A stretch of DNA of 64,000 nt from contig OX597831.1 of NCBI GenBank assembly GCA_951406725.2, forward strand, positions 15,004,001 to 15,068,000, read 5' to 3'. The notes below the pieces were generated by a model, which was not told the DNA's origin, made no database searches, and saw nothing but the letters and a program-made list of their open reading frames with translations. Of this stretch, positions 31,788 to 44,279 are shown one piece after another. The translations under genes were made by a program, and so were the position numbers. The stretch's first letter is position 1. Every line of letters begins with the position of its first letter. Origin of the DNA: Octopus vulgaris. Its lineage: Eukaryota.

Positions 31788-32229
31788 TATATCTACATAC
31801 ATATATAAATATAGTTACCTAGCCACATATAAATGATTAGTTTTATTTATTTTCATAGTTTTGGTGATTCAAGATTTCCGTTGCCGTTTGTTGTCGTCAA
31901 TATCTCAAGCGGCAATGAAGCTATTTCTCATATCTCATTTCCTACTTCAAATATTGTAATGTATATCTTTTTATTATCCTTTCTTGCTGTCTTCATTTAG
32001 CAGAGATTGCGCTTCGCTTTATTTTATGAAATGCTGAAACCTCTGATTCGGTTGTGATCTCAATAGATAATTGTGTAAACACCTATGTGTCTAATTTCGG
32101 CTTATATTTCGCACTTGTATCTACCTGAAATAATTTCATAACTGTTATATTACGAAAGGTGTTTTTATAGTATTTACCACTCAGGTATTATGTTGCTCGA
32201 ATAATACTTCAATTTGTGAAACGACCGCA

Positions 32230-32668
32230 TATATTCGCGTCAAATTTTGCTAGAAGGACAGCTATTTTGTGGTAAGGACGAGGGTAAATCGATTACATCG
32301 ATGTCAGTACACAACTGGTACTTCTTTTATCGATCCCGAAACGGTGAAAGCCAAAGTCGACCTCGGGGAAATTTGAAGTCGAAACAAATTCGAACGAAAA
32401 GCGGATAAGCATTTCGCCCAGCGTGCTAACGATTCTTATTTCTTTATTGCCCACAAGGGGCTAAACATAGAGGGAACAAACAATGACAGACAAAGGGATT
32501 AAGTCGATTACATCGACCCCAGTGTGTGACTGGTACTTATTTAATCAACCCCGAATGGATGAAAGGCAAAGTCGACTTCGGCGGAATTTGAACTCAGAAC
32601 GTAAAGACAGACGAAATACCGCTAAGCATCATCCCAAGCGTGATAAATGTTCTGCCAGCTCATTGCCT
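32230..32668 (-). mobile_element. Two head-to-tail copies of SINE family C
   Basis: The minus strand reads gagctggcagaa...gagttcaaattccgccgaagtcgactttgcctttcatcc.ttcgggg...aagtaccag. The second copy (32230-32435) lacks the extreme 5' end. Confidence 0.85.
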
Positions 32669-33364
32669 GAATAAACGATCACATATGTTTACACGTTTTT
32701 GCGCGTCAAGTAGAAAAGTAGAACCACGTTTTTCTTACTTAACCGCACATACTTTAAAACTTTAAAAACGGAATTTCACACATATAATATAGGCTTTAAC
32801 CCGCTCCACCAGCAGCCAAAGGAAATAAAAATGAAAACACGGGGTGATGGTTAAGAACGGAACATCTTTGATCATAGACACTTACATATTTGAGTTCCGT
32901 TTATCGCTAAACATCAACAACAGTATTAAGAATAACGCTATTCCTGAGCCTTATACTAATACATCTGTTTGTTTTGTACACCACCTGTCTTCGTCTTTTG
33001 TTTTTTTCGTAAACTCTCCCCATAACTTTGTGTGTATTTGTGTCTACGTTTGTCTCGCTACCACCGTTTGAAAACATGTGTTCGTCTATATAAGTCACCG
33101 TACTATAGTGGTTCGTCGAACGAGCCCGATAGAATAAGAACCGGGTCTGGGTTGATTTGTTCGACTATAAAAGGCGATCCCTCGGCATGAAACAAGTAAA
33201 CGATAAAGCGTAAATAGGAAAAGGATAAATCTAGAACGAAGTTACCGAATGTTTAGGAACGTATTTTCAGCGTGGAAAGAAATGTGACTGTTATTGCAAG
33301 ACATTACTGCGACCACGTACACCATTAGTGAAATGAAAATCAGATCGGTTTTCATCAAAGGAAG

Positions 33365-33460
<96 letters not shown>

Positions 33461-34130
33461 AGGGTGGAGTGGGAGAGTTAAGGAGATAAAGCATAAGTGA
33501 GAAAGGTGTGAGTGAAAGAGAGAGAGACCAGGAATGAGAGAGAGAGAGGGAGGAACGTAAAGACAGCAACATGGGAGGACGAGAAACGAGGCAAGGCTAT
33601 AACTTGCGCTAATCAATACTAATATTCGCGATTCCTAAATATTTTTGTCAAAATGGTGATGCGTTTATACACACAATAGTACTGTCAGTGACATACTTAT
33701 AGGCATGAAGTTTTTCAAATGAAGTTACTCTGTTGATTGGTTTATATAGCCGAAGTTCTAAGACACATTTTAGATTTACTTACACAAACATATACATACA
33801 TAAACACATACATACATATACATACATATATATTTACATATACACGTACACACATACGCACTCACATACATATATATTTGAATGCATGCATGTATAGCTC
33901 TAAGGGTTTTCCAATTAGTGAATAAATTCCCAGATTGGACAAATTAAATGTCTTGGGCTGTACATATGAGTGCGTATGTGTGCGTGTGCGCTGGCGCTTG
34001 TGTGTGTGTATATATAGTAGTTCGACAGTTATAGGTACATATACATTCACATACATATATATAGGTATATATACATTCACATGCTCATATACATATGTAT
34101 ATATATATATACATATATATATGCGTGTGT

Positions 34131-34187
<57 letters not shown>

Positions 34188-34482
34188 TACATGTGTGTGT
34201 GTGTGTGTGTATATGTCTGTGTTTACTGTAGACATGCTTTTATTTCGTTTTACAATGATTTACTGGAGTGGGTTTTTCTCACTCGATACAGGCTTCTAAA
34301 TGCTAGTCGGGTCTATTCACGAGATTTCGTATAAAGTGACACATTACACACGCAGACGAGACTTAAGGAAGCGAAGCCAAACGGACAAAACCAAACTATA
34401 CTAAACACTTATTTGTAGATTTCCCAATATAAACTTCATTATCGTCTCCATCACTTGCGTTAGAAGTGGAAATACCAATGCA

Positions 34483-34556
<74 letters not shown>

Positions 34557-34584
34557 CAACAACAACAATAGCAATAACAACGCC

Positions 34585-34675
34585 CACAAAACTGTGTATA
34601 GTGTGAATTTCTTTGCTGCAGGTGTAAAGTAGACTATTCGGCAAGAAATGGAAACAAAATTGAAATAAAATCAAA
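34585..34675 (+). mobile_element. Extreme 3' end of a Dong-family LINE in an (AAT)/(AAC) array
   Basis: 'tttctttgc...tcggcaagaaatggaaacaaaattgaaa' matches 53659-53715. Confidence 0.7.
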
Positions 34676-35606
34676 TAATAATAATAATAACAACAACAAC
34701 AACTACAACAACAATAACACCGTTCGTTTTATGAATAACAATAGATCGTCAATCGTAAATCATATAATGATGATAATACTTAAATTTGGAATCGTTTTTC
34801 TTTCTGTTGTTTCTTTATTTTGAACGGACTTTTTTTCCTCGAAGCGTTTAATGTAGAAAATGGCGATTTTGAGCAAATTAGTAATTTGTTTCGCTTCGCT
34901 CATTTCTTTTTTCCTACTTTAGTTGTTGTTCGTTTATTGTTGTTACTGTTGTTATTTGTTGTTGTTTCTTTTCTGAGTATTTCCTTGTATGTCGTCAATA
35001 AACGCAGAATTTCAACCCCCGCAGCTATCAAACTTCGCCATTATTCTTTTTCTATTGTAATTATGTTTTCATTTGTCCCACTTTCTTTGTCTCTTTTTCT
35101 CTCTGTCATCTTCTCTTTAACTCTGTCTCTCCCCTTTCTCATTCTCCCTCTCTATCCACCCACCCTCTTTCTCTCTTCTCTCTCTCTCTCTGTATTCCTC
35201 ACTGTTTCTGCTCTTCCCCTACAAGTTGAAATGGGAACGAGAATAGTATTTCACTACGTGTCTTATTCGTGATATTTGTATTGTTATGTCCGGCTTTTAC
35301 GGTGTTTTAGTGTATCGCTTTATGTTTTGTAAACTATATTAAGGTATGAATTACACCATAAAATAGTATATAAATCTTTAATGTATAGTACTCAATTCTA
35401 GAAAAGTGCATTGTCCTAATTATTATAAGTATCCAATAGTACTTGCAAACAAATACATATGTGTACGTAGTAATGTGTTTGTGTATTTACACGCCCACAG
35501 AACACACACCCATACACACGCACACGAACAAAACATCATAGATATATATATGTACGTATATTAAAGAGTTAAATAGGTACAAATATACTGAAATACGTGC
35601 GTGTAT

Positions 35607-36094
35607 ATGGATGGTCGTTGTCCACTCCTTATTCAGAGTTTGACCACCTCCTGTACCTACACCTTAGAACCATCATGGCATCTGATGTGGCTTTTTAAAC
35701 CAGGCAATGTTTTGAAAAGACACCCACATAGATTGCATATCCGACATGGACCACCAAGAGCTGCAGATAAGTTCTGATCTTTGTGGATCTTAAAATGTAT
35801 TTTGAGGCCTCTGTTAGATTTGCAAACATTCTGGGCATATATTGCATTCAAAGGTGTGCACAGACATATAGGCAGAATAGTTGGTGGAGGTTCGTTTTCC
35901 ATGCGTTTGCAAATGGGATTCCAGCCCCGCAAAAGACACGCACCGTCTGTCACAAAGAGTGCACAAAAAACAGTCATTGTGATTCACTTTCTCGATCGCA
36001 ATCTTAAATCTCTCTTGCGCCATGCCTGCCTTATCCTGGCCTCTTCAAACGCTTTCAGTCCACTCCTCTTCACACTTTTGTTCGCCATCCAGGT
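35607..36094 (-). mobile_element. RTE-type LINE 3' end with three C2H2 zinc fingers (frameshifted)
   Basis: GWRTKV / GLKAFEEARIRQA..KR is followed by CTLCDRRCVSFAGLESHLQTH, CNIC/QNVCKSNRGLKIHFKIH and CNLCGCLFKTLPGLKSHIRCH. A stop at 35657 precedes a short hairpin-like 3' UTR. Confidence 0.7.
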
Positions 36095-36557
36095 ACGTAT
36101 GCATAATTATCTTATACAAATATACATACATAAACACGTGTGAGGGATTGTGTATGTGGGCATAATATTTTAGTTGAGAATCTGAATCAATGACTCTTTA
36201 TAAAGGGCTTCACAGAAAACCCTCTTCTGAAGTGAGATTTGAAACAATTAATCGACTAACTCATCGGAAATAAGATTTCTGGGTTTTATAGACAGTCTCA
36301 TATATATATTCCAAAAAAGTTAGAGGTCGTGAGTCCAACCACCTAAGGGATAATATCAATCCAATATACAGTTGGTAGAATACCCAATTATTAACACACA
36401 AGTGTTTTCTTTTATTGCATTACAATTACATTACCGAATGTACATGTATGTATATTGTTGTAATTGTCATAAATAAATAAATTGACATAATATGTCTAAA
36501 ATTTGATGAATACCACCCATTGATACCCTCCATTTTCTTATTGCGCTCTCTTTCTCG

Positions 36558-36631
<74 letters not shown>

Positions 36632-36640
36632 GCGTGTCTG

Positions 36641-36777
<137 letters not shown>

Positions 36778-37026
36778 ATTTAATCCACCTTAGGTTGAAT
36801 GTCAAGAAAGTTTGCTTTAGAAGTGTTGAGATGTATTGAAAGTTACAGATAAGGAAATAATTTTATTCTGAAACGCATCATAATGCTAATAATATAGCAT
36901 GAACAGAATAAACTATCTATATTTTGCAGAAAAATCTGTGGGCGGCCAGCTTTCATACTATACTGTCAACATTATCTAGCGTTTGAGAATAAAATTTGTT
37001 TCCTTATCTGTATCATATATATATAA

Positions 37027-37370
37027 AGGGTAAAGACCCCCTTCGGTCATGAATGACTATAGGATTGCACCTAGAAAGTTACCCTCCTAGACACAAGTCC
37101 GGGCAAGGTTGTTTATGGAAGACCAGCAGTCGCTCATGCATACCAGCCCACCCCTCTCTCCACGCCACCAGTGTTATCCAAGGGAAAGACAATGGTCGAT
37201 ACAGCTTGGCACCAGTGACGTGGCAACTCATTTCTACAGCTGAGTGAACTGGAGCAACCTGAAATAAAGTGCTTTGCTCAAGAACACAACACGCAGCCCG
37301 GTCCGGGATTCGAGCTCACAACCTCACGATCGTAAGCTCGACGCTCTAACCACTGAGCCATGCGCCTTCA
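37027..37370 (-). mobile_element. tRNA-derived SINE, family-B-like head with another distinct body
   Basis: The minus strand begins gaaggcgcatggctcagtggttagagcg...gagctcgaatccc...gttgtgttcttgagcaaagcactttatttca. Confidence 0.8.
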
Positions 37371-37390
37371 TATATATATATATATATACG

Positions 37391-38018
37391 ACTTTGATTT
37401 TGATTTTTCTAGTTTCAGCTAATGAGCTGTGGCCATGCTGGGGCACCGCCATTTGGTTTGCTACACGATTTTACCTCACGGATGCTTTTTAGCAAACGCC
37501 ATCTGATGCATGAGAGAGTTCGATGCAGCTGCCCTCATCTGCACCTCCTGCCGTGAAGTTGGTTCATCCGGGACACCTGACAGGAAGAGATCCAGTCCTA
37601 CTTTAAAGACATCCGCATCTACACCATGCAGGTCCCTCAGGTTCTTCGGGAGGATATTGAAGAGCTGTGGGCCTCTGAAGCCCAGGCTGTCACAGTATCT
37701 TGTCCTACATCTTGATGACAAATTTGGAGTCCTTGGTACTACGCAATGGCGTCCGGTTCTGGCATTTGTGTGACTCTCGATGCCAAAGTTTGTGACAAGT
37801 CCTTCCAGTATCTTCCAGATATATATTATGGCATATCTTTCTCGCCTACGCTCTGTGATCAACTTGACACTGGATGGTGACCATAGCTGAGAGCAATAGT
37901 CAAAGGGGCTTAGGACAAGTGTCTTCCAGAGGACCATCATGGTTTCTTGTTCTCTTGTTCTAAAGGTTCTAAGAATCCATCCAGCCAGCCGTCTACATTT
38001 CATTGTCAGTTTAGCAAC
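37391..38018 (-). mobile_element. CR1-clade LINE 3' fragment with in-frame internal deletion, flanked by (TA)n
   Basis: ORF 37476-38003 is homologous to 16527-17060 (WILRTFRTR...DYCSQLWSP...RRRERY...GPQLFNILP). Confidence 0.9.
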
Positions 38019-38022
38019 ATAT

Positions 38023-38058
<36 letters not shown>

Positions 38059-38308
38059 TGTGTGTCTGGGAAGAGTCATTTTATTTTTGTGCCTTACAAT
38101 GCAACACACTCACCGGTAAAATTTCCACTTATTTCTTATTTTAATTTTCCTAACATTTTCGTTGCGTCTTGCAACCTTTTCAAAAGTCTTGACAGAATGT
38201 GCTTCAACACACGAACTCATATAAAGAATCTTGCAAACCAAATCCCAAAACGAAATACATACATATATATGCATAAATGGATATATATATTTATATGTAT
38301 ATTTATAC

Positions 38309-38351
<43 letters not shown>

Positions 38352-38384
38352 GGCATTTGTTCATAAATAAGCACTTAGCCAGCA

Positions 38385-38695
38385 CAGCACTCCGTTGGTT
38401 AGGAAGACATGTGTCCAAGTTGGAACAGTCTGCTCGTGAAATTAAAGTGCAAGTGGCTGAGGACTCCACCGACATGCGTACCCTTAACGTAGCTCTCAGG
38501 TAGATTCAGCATTACACAGAATGTGACATGGGGGGCCATTAGAGTTACAGGTAGAATTCATTTCTGTCATCTGAGTGGACTGGAGTATTGTAAAATAAAC
38601 TTTCCTTTGCACAAGAACACAAGGTACCGACAGAAATCGAACACACGACCCTACATTAATGAACTAAATATCCTAACCACTGAACCACGTGCATA
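38385..38695 (-). mobile_element. SINE family B, diverged
   Basis: 'tgctcgtgaaattaaagtgcaagtggctgag...tacccttaacgtag' as in 50079-50406. Confidence 0.75.
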
Positions 38696-39529
38696 TGTAG
38701 AGAGGTTGGACACATCTTAGACAAAACCTCCACATACGGACGCCAGTGTTCGTTAAGAGCCATTAGAAGACATTGCTCACCCCTCGAAGGTTAATCTTGA
38801 TGAGAATTTATCCTCTGTTCTTGATATACAAAAGCATCGAATTTTCCTTCACTTCAACAACGAATGTACACTTATAACTCTAGTTATTTGAAAAACAAAT
38901 TTTATTAGAAATTGTGCATGTTTGTGAAGATATGAATAAATAAAACCGAGTCATACAACTACATATATAAATACAAATGTCTACTAATAGTAATTTAATA
39001 TTTAATTCATTGAATTATATAGAAATAACTTTGTTGTTACATAAAAATGTTAAGTCATTCGACTTTTATTCCACAGTTACTGTAACTGGCAAATCTACCG
39101 CCAACATTTCCGAGAAATTTAATTACATTTCACTTTTGCAATCTCTCAGTAAAAGGTCATAAAACAGTTTTTTATTCGGCTTTGAAATACCATTTCGACC
39201 TTCTTATAACAGTTCTGAAACTGTTTTCGCCTTCCTCATTATATCAATACCGTTTGTCTTTTGATTTTATTCCACTTGACAAACTACTATTTCTTGTAAA
39301 TTTTATAGAATTTTTCCTTGTGCTTCTTACAGTTTTATGCTTCTTTCAGTCAAGGAACTGCGACTATGCTGGGTCACTGTTTCCAAGGGTTTCCACGAAA
39401 CCGATCGACCCCAGTGTTACATAACGTTATTTTTTCTATATTTTAAGTCTGACAAATCACTTTTACGGAAATGCTAAGTTCAGCGCCCTGAAGAAAGCAA
39501 TCTCAGTTGTCAAGCGCTGGAGTTGAGAA

Positions 39530-39565
<36 letters not shown>

Positions 39566-40547
39566 TCCCACACTTATACACACATGCACAGATACATACG
39601 CACATCTATACATGCGTGTGTGAGCGGATCAGCATGTTTTGGCCTATCTACGATAGCTAGACAAAGTACTCCTTTGCTTACGTCGCTGTAACTTAGTAGT
39701 TAAGCTATAAACCGCGAAAAACAGAACAGTTAGTACCAGACTGAATATATATGGCCAGAGGTGGATTTAATCGACTCGATTATTCAAGGTGGAGCTCCAG
39801 CATGTCTAGAGGCCAACAACTTAAACAAGTTAAAGAAAAACAATAATGTATTCATTGGATAGAGTATAGATTCATGTTTAAAATATTTATTATCTGACAG
39901 CAAGCCATACACGAATGTAGATATATATTAGTAATGGTATTGATTTCTATAATTATAGAAACCTGAAATATTGTCAGCTGAGAATAAAGTGTTTAAAAGA
40001 GTAAATCAATTGCTTTATTTCTTAATTCATAAGTTGTATACTCCTCTAATTTCACAGAACTTGTCTCATTCAGTTCGAAATATTTTCAATGATATCGAAA
40101 ATGAAATCTATATAACTGACAAATATAATTATGAATAATGTAGAAACGATATTAATAAATTTAACCAAAATCTACTTGAGAAATATTGGAAGACGGAAGA
40201 TAAAGAATATGAAACATTGATGGTAATAAGTTGGAATTGTAATTTAAAATTAAATTCACACGCGCAAAGACATAAGAGAAAGAGTTGATAATATAATCAG
40301 GAAAAGGTTTATATTCTGAAACTTACGACCAGACATTCGATAACTGTGAACGGATTTACTTAAACAGATGGCGTCGGGGACACGGAGATGTTGAATATTT
40401 AAGAAATAGCAATGAAATTCATACGATTACATTTGCTTTATACACAGATTTTCCGATCAATGTCTTTCTCTGGCTCCCTCTAGCTTTCTGTTCATCTCTT
40501 GCCTTATACATAAATTCATAAATTTATATTAAAAAAAATCATGCAGT

Positions 40548-40960
40548 GCGCAGGAGCGGCTGTGTGGTAAGTAGCTTGTTTACCAACCACATGGTTCCGG
40601 GTTCAGTCCCACTGCGTGGCACCTTGGGTAAGTGTCTTCTACTATAGCCTCGGGCCGACCAAAGCTTTGTGAGAGGATTTGGTAGATGGAAACTGAAAGA
40701 AGCCCGTCGTATATATGTATATATATATATATGCGTGTGTGTGTTTGTGTGTCTGTGTTTGTCCCCCTAGCATTGCTTGACAACCGATGCTGGTGTGTTT
40801 ATGTCCCCGTTACTTAGCGGTTCGGCAAAAGAGACCGATATAATAAGTACTGGGCTTACAAAAGAATACGTCCCGGGGTTGAGTTGCTCGATTAAAAAGG
40901 CGGTGCTCCAGCATGGCCGCAGTCAAATGACTGAAACAAGTAAAAGAGTAAAAGAGTATA
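40548..40960 (+). mobile_element. SINE family A, best-preserved copy (tRNA head, CORE-like block, internal TA/TG microsatellite, LINE-derived tail)
   Basis: A-box-like ggctgtgtggtaag, B-box-like gggttcagtccc, then 'caccttgggtaagtgtcttc'. The tail is ggcggtgctccagcatggccgcagtcaaatgactgaaac(aagt)(aaaagagt)n. Confidence 0.9.
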
Positions 40961-41149
40961 TAAACAGGCACACACATACGTACGCATATGCGTGTGTTTG
41001 TGGGCACTCTTTTACTCTTTTACATGTTTCAGTCATTTGAATGCGGCCATGCTGGTGCACCGTCTTTAGTTGAAGAAATCGACGCCAGAACTAATTCTTT
41101 CTAAGATTGTGTGTCTGTGTGGGTGTGTGTGTGTGTGGGGAGGGGTAAA

Positions 41150-41660
41150 CTTACATTTAGATTTATGAAAGAATTTAAACGTGCGGGAGAATTTATGCTT
41201 ACACGTAGTGAAAGCCTCATTGTATTATTAAGCAACTGTTGTGTGCTGTGAGTAAATATTTTGAGGGCATCTTTTAAGCAGAGTCCACAACTGGAGTGTT
41301 GGTGCTGATATAGGATGCCCAAGTCTGTTATAGCCAAAGAAAATTTATATTGTGTTTTTCTATTAATTAGATGGTGTACGTGGCGGGCTAGTGATGTGGA
41401 ATTGCTATTCTCTTTGAATTTAAACGAGTTTAATTGTGCAAAATATCTTTGTTTATAACATTTCTGCTAGATCCGATGTGGTAGATATAGCAAATATTTA
41501 CTGTTGTGAACGGTGAATTGGTATATGACATTGAATGAGAATGGTATATATTAATCTTCTGCATTGGGTTTGAAGCGGACAGTCTATCACGGATCTACAG
41601 TTGCAGTTATCAGTTCTACGATGGTTGATTAAAGAGGGATATGAGGCAGTACTATTACTA
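41150..41660 (-). mobile_element. Penelope-like element GIY-YIG endonuclease remnant (Naiad-like Cys pattern)
   Basis: Across frameshifts: CNCRSVIDCPLQTQC...YKQRY...NSFKFKENSNSTSLARHVHHL...CGLCLKDALKI...LLNN..EAFTTCKH. Confidence 0.75.
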
Positions 41661-42084
41661 ACACACCTACCACAAACGCAACTACTAATAGCTGCAGTAA
41701 TTACCACCTCCACTACCACCACTAATACTAACACTACTACCAATGGACGCTGCTACTACTACTATTACTAGAAATGCTACTAATACTACTACCACTACTA
41801 CTACTATTACTACTAATTGTAATAATAATAATAATTATTATTATTATAACAGTGATTTTGATAACGATAATGACGATAATAATAATAATTGAAACGCTGG
41901 AGTTGTAATGTTTTTAAAAAAATATATATTTCTTAATCTCTAATGTATTAACTTTTCTCCGTGATGAACTTGTATTTGTTTGTTCTGCAACCATAGTTTG
42001 ATATATTTGCCTCATTTAATTGAGCACTTCTATAGCAGTCCTATTAAGCATTTTTTTCCTGATAAGAAACAATCACTGTATTAT

Positions 42085-42134
<50 letters not shown>

Positions 42135-42550
42135 GTGTATGTATATATGTATTCATATATGCATAGTCTCAATATTAAATGTCATCAACATACACACACT
42201 CAGACATGTAAATTGGGAAAGAAAAGTACTATATTTTAGTTTAATTGATGTAATATTTCATGCGTTCATTATCAATTATGTGTATACACAACCACACCCA
42301 AGCATACACATCAAGACACATGCACAGGCAATCACACAGTCACACACTCATAGACACTCATTGACACAGACACAAACATACATACACACACATATACATA
42401 TATTTAAATGGAACCACGGGTGAAGCCTGAGTCCCTGGACAGATCGATATTGGCAATAGTTTTTCAAACTACTTTATTTATAAAGTACTGCCAGCAAACG
42501 AATTCAGTAAATATTTTCCTTCGTTGGCAACAAGTTGATTTACAATAATC

Positions 42551-42604
<54 letters not shown>

Positions 42605-42621
42605 TATAATAATAATAATAA

Positions 42622-42681
<60 letters not shown>

Positions 42682-42898
42682 TATTATTATAAAAATAAAT
42701 AATAATAAATAATGATAATAGTAATAATAAATAATAAAAATAAAAATATTCATAATAATAATAATGATAATTATCATATAATAATAATGATAATAATCAT
42801 AATAATGATGATGATGATGATAACGACGATAATATATGTATGTATATATATATATACATATATACATTCATATATATATATGTGTGGGTGTGTGTGTG

Positions 42899-42938
<40 letters not shown>

Positions 42939-42999
42939 CATATATATATATTCCCCTATTTCCATAATATCGGTCTCATTCATTCTTTTGTTGTCATAC

Positions 43000-43032
<33 letters not shown>

Positions 43033-43459
43033 CATTATTATTATTATTATTATTATTACTATTATTATTGTTATTATTATTATTATTAACATATAATATA
43101 TATACATATATATATAATATATACATACATATACATATGTATATATAGATAGATAAATTTATATACATATGACTATAGACGTACATACATACAAACTTAC
43201 AGGCATACTTATGAACAAATACAGAAAGTTACATGCAAACATATATATGGATATATTTATGTATATAGTCATATTGACATAATTTATGGCGAAGGTTTGT
43301 GGCCTTTTCAACAAGAAATCAAATCTATTTTATATTCCTTTCTCAATATTTTTTCCATTAAGCAATTATTAAATGTCTATACAACATCAAAAGAAGTCTG
43401 TGAATATACCAATAGAAATGTCATATATATATACACACACACACACACATATATATATA

Positions 43460-43518
<59 letters not shown>

Positions 43519-43594
43519 CGCATTTATGGTTTATGTTTATGTATGTGGTGTATGCACGTACGTGTGTATGCATATGTATATAAATCTATTTGTA

Positions 43595-43663
<69 letters not shown>

Positions 43664-44187
43664 CATATATAACAGACAGTGGTAATAACCTTGTGTTACC
43701 TCCTCTTGTCGGCTAGTTATATATTTTGTCGTCTGCTTTTATTGAGTTTATTCCGTTGTACATATTGTCATATTGTCCTGTCAGACATTTCATTGAATAT
43801 TATATTTTTCGTCATCACACAGAAATATCTGTTGCTAGTTTATGATTTATTTGTTATGAATACATAATCCTATCGCTTAAATCATACTCGTATAGTTTGA
43901 ATAATCAATTACGAGTGATATATTTGTTTGCAAATGATTATTTAAGCAGCCGGTCTAAAAAAAAAACTAAATTCAATTGGAATTTGTCTGTATAATGTCA
44001 GGTAAGTTGAGAGAGATTTTATACAAACCAGTTTCCAATCTCACACCACATTCATAAGGAAGTACTTTCCGCGCACTCTAGTAACCTGTAGTCTATTCTG
44101 AGAAATTGTCTTATAGATAAACAGGTAGAAAGAGATAGATAGTAAGATTGATATTGAAACATTTAGACAGGTATATATACATACATA

Positions 44188-44277
<90 letters not shown>

Positions 44278-44279
<2 letters not shown>

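Noticed and set aside
35657-36023. Host C2H2 zinc-finger gene
   Set aside because: It lacks TGEKP linkers, is frameshifted, and is preceded by an RTE-like helix and followed by a LINE-like short tail.
41370-41395. Helitron-like 3' end (ggcgggctagt)
   Set aside because: Better explained as the NSTSLARHVHH codons of the PLE endonuclease on the minus strand.
41995-42010. 14-nt match to miR-190 (gtttgatatatttg)
   Set aside because: The seed end does not match and no precursor hairpin is seen, so it is a chance match in AT-rich DNA.
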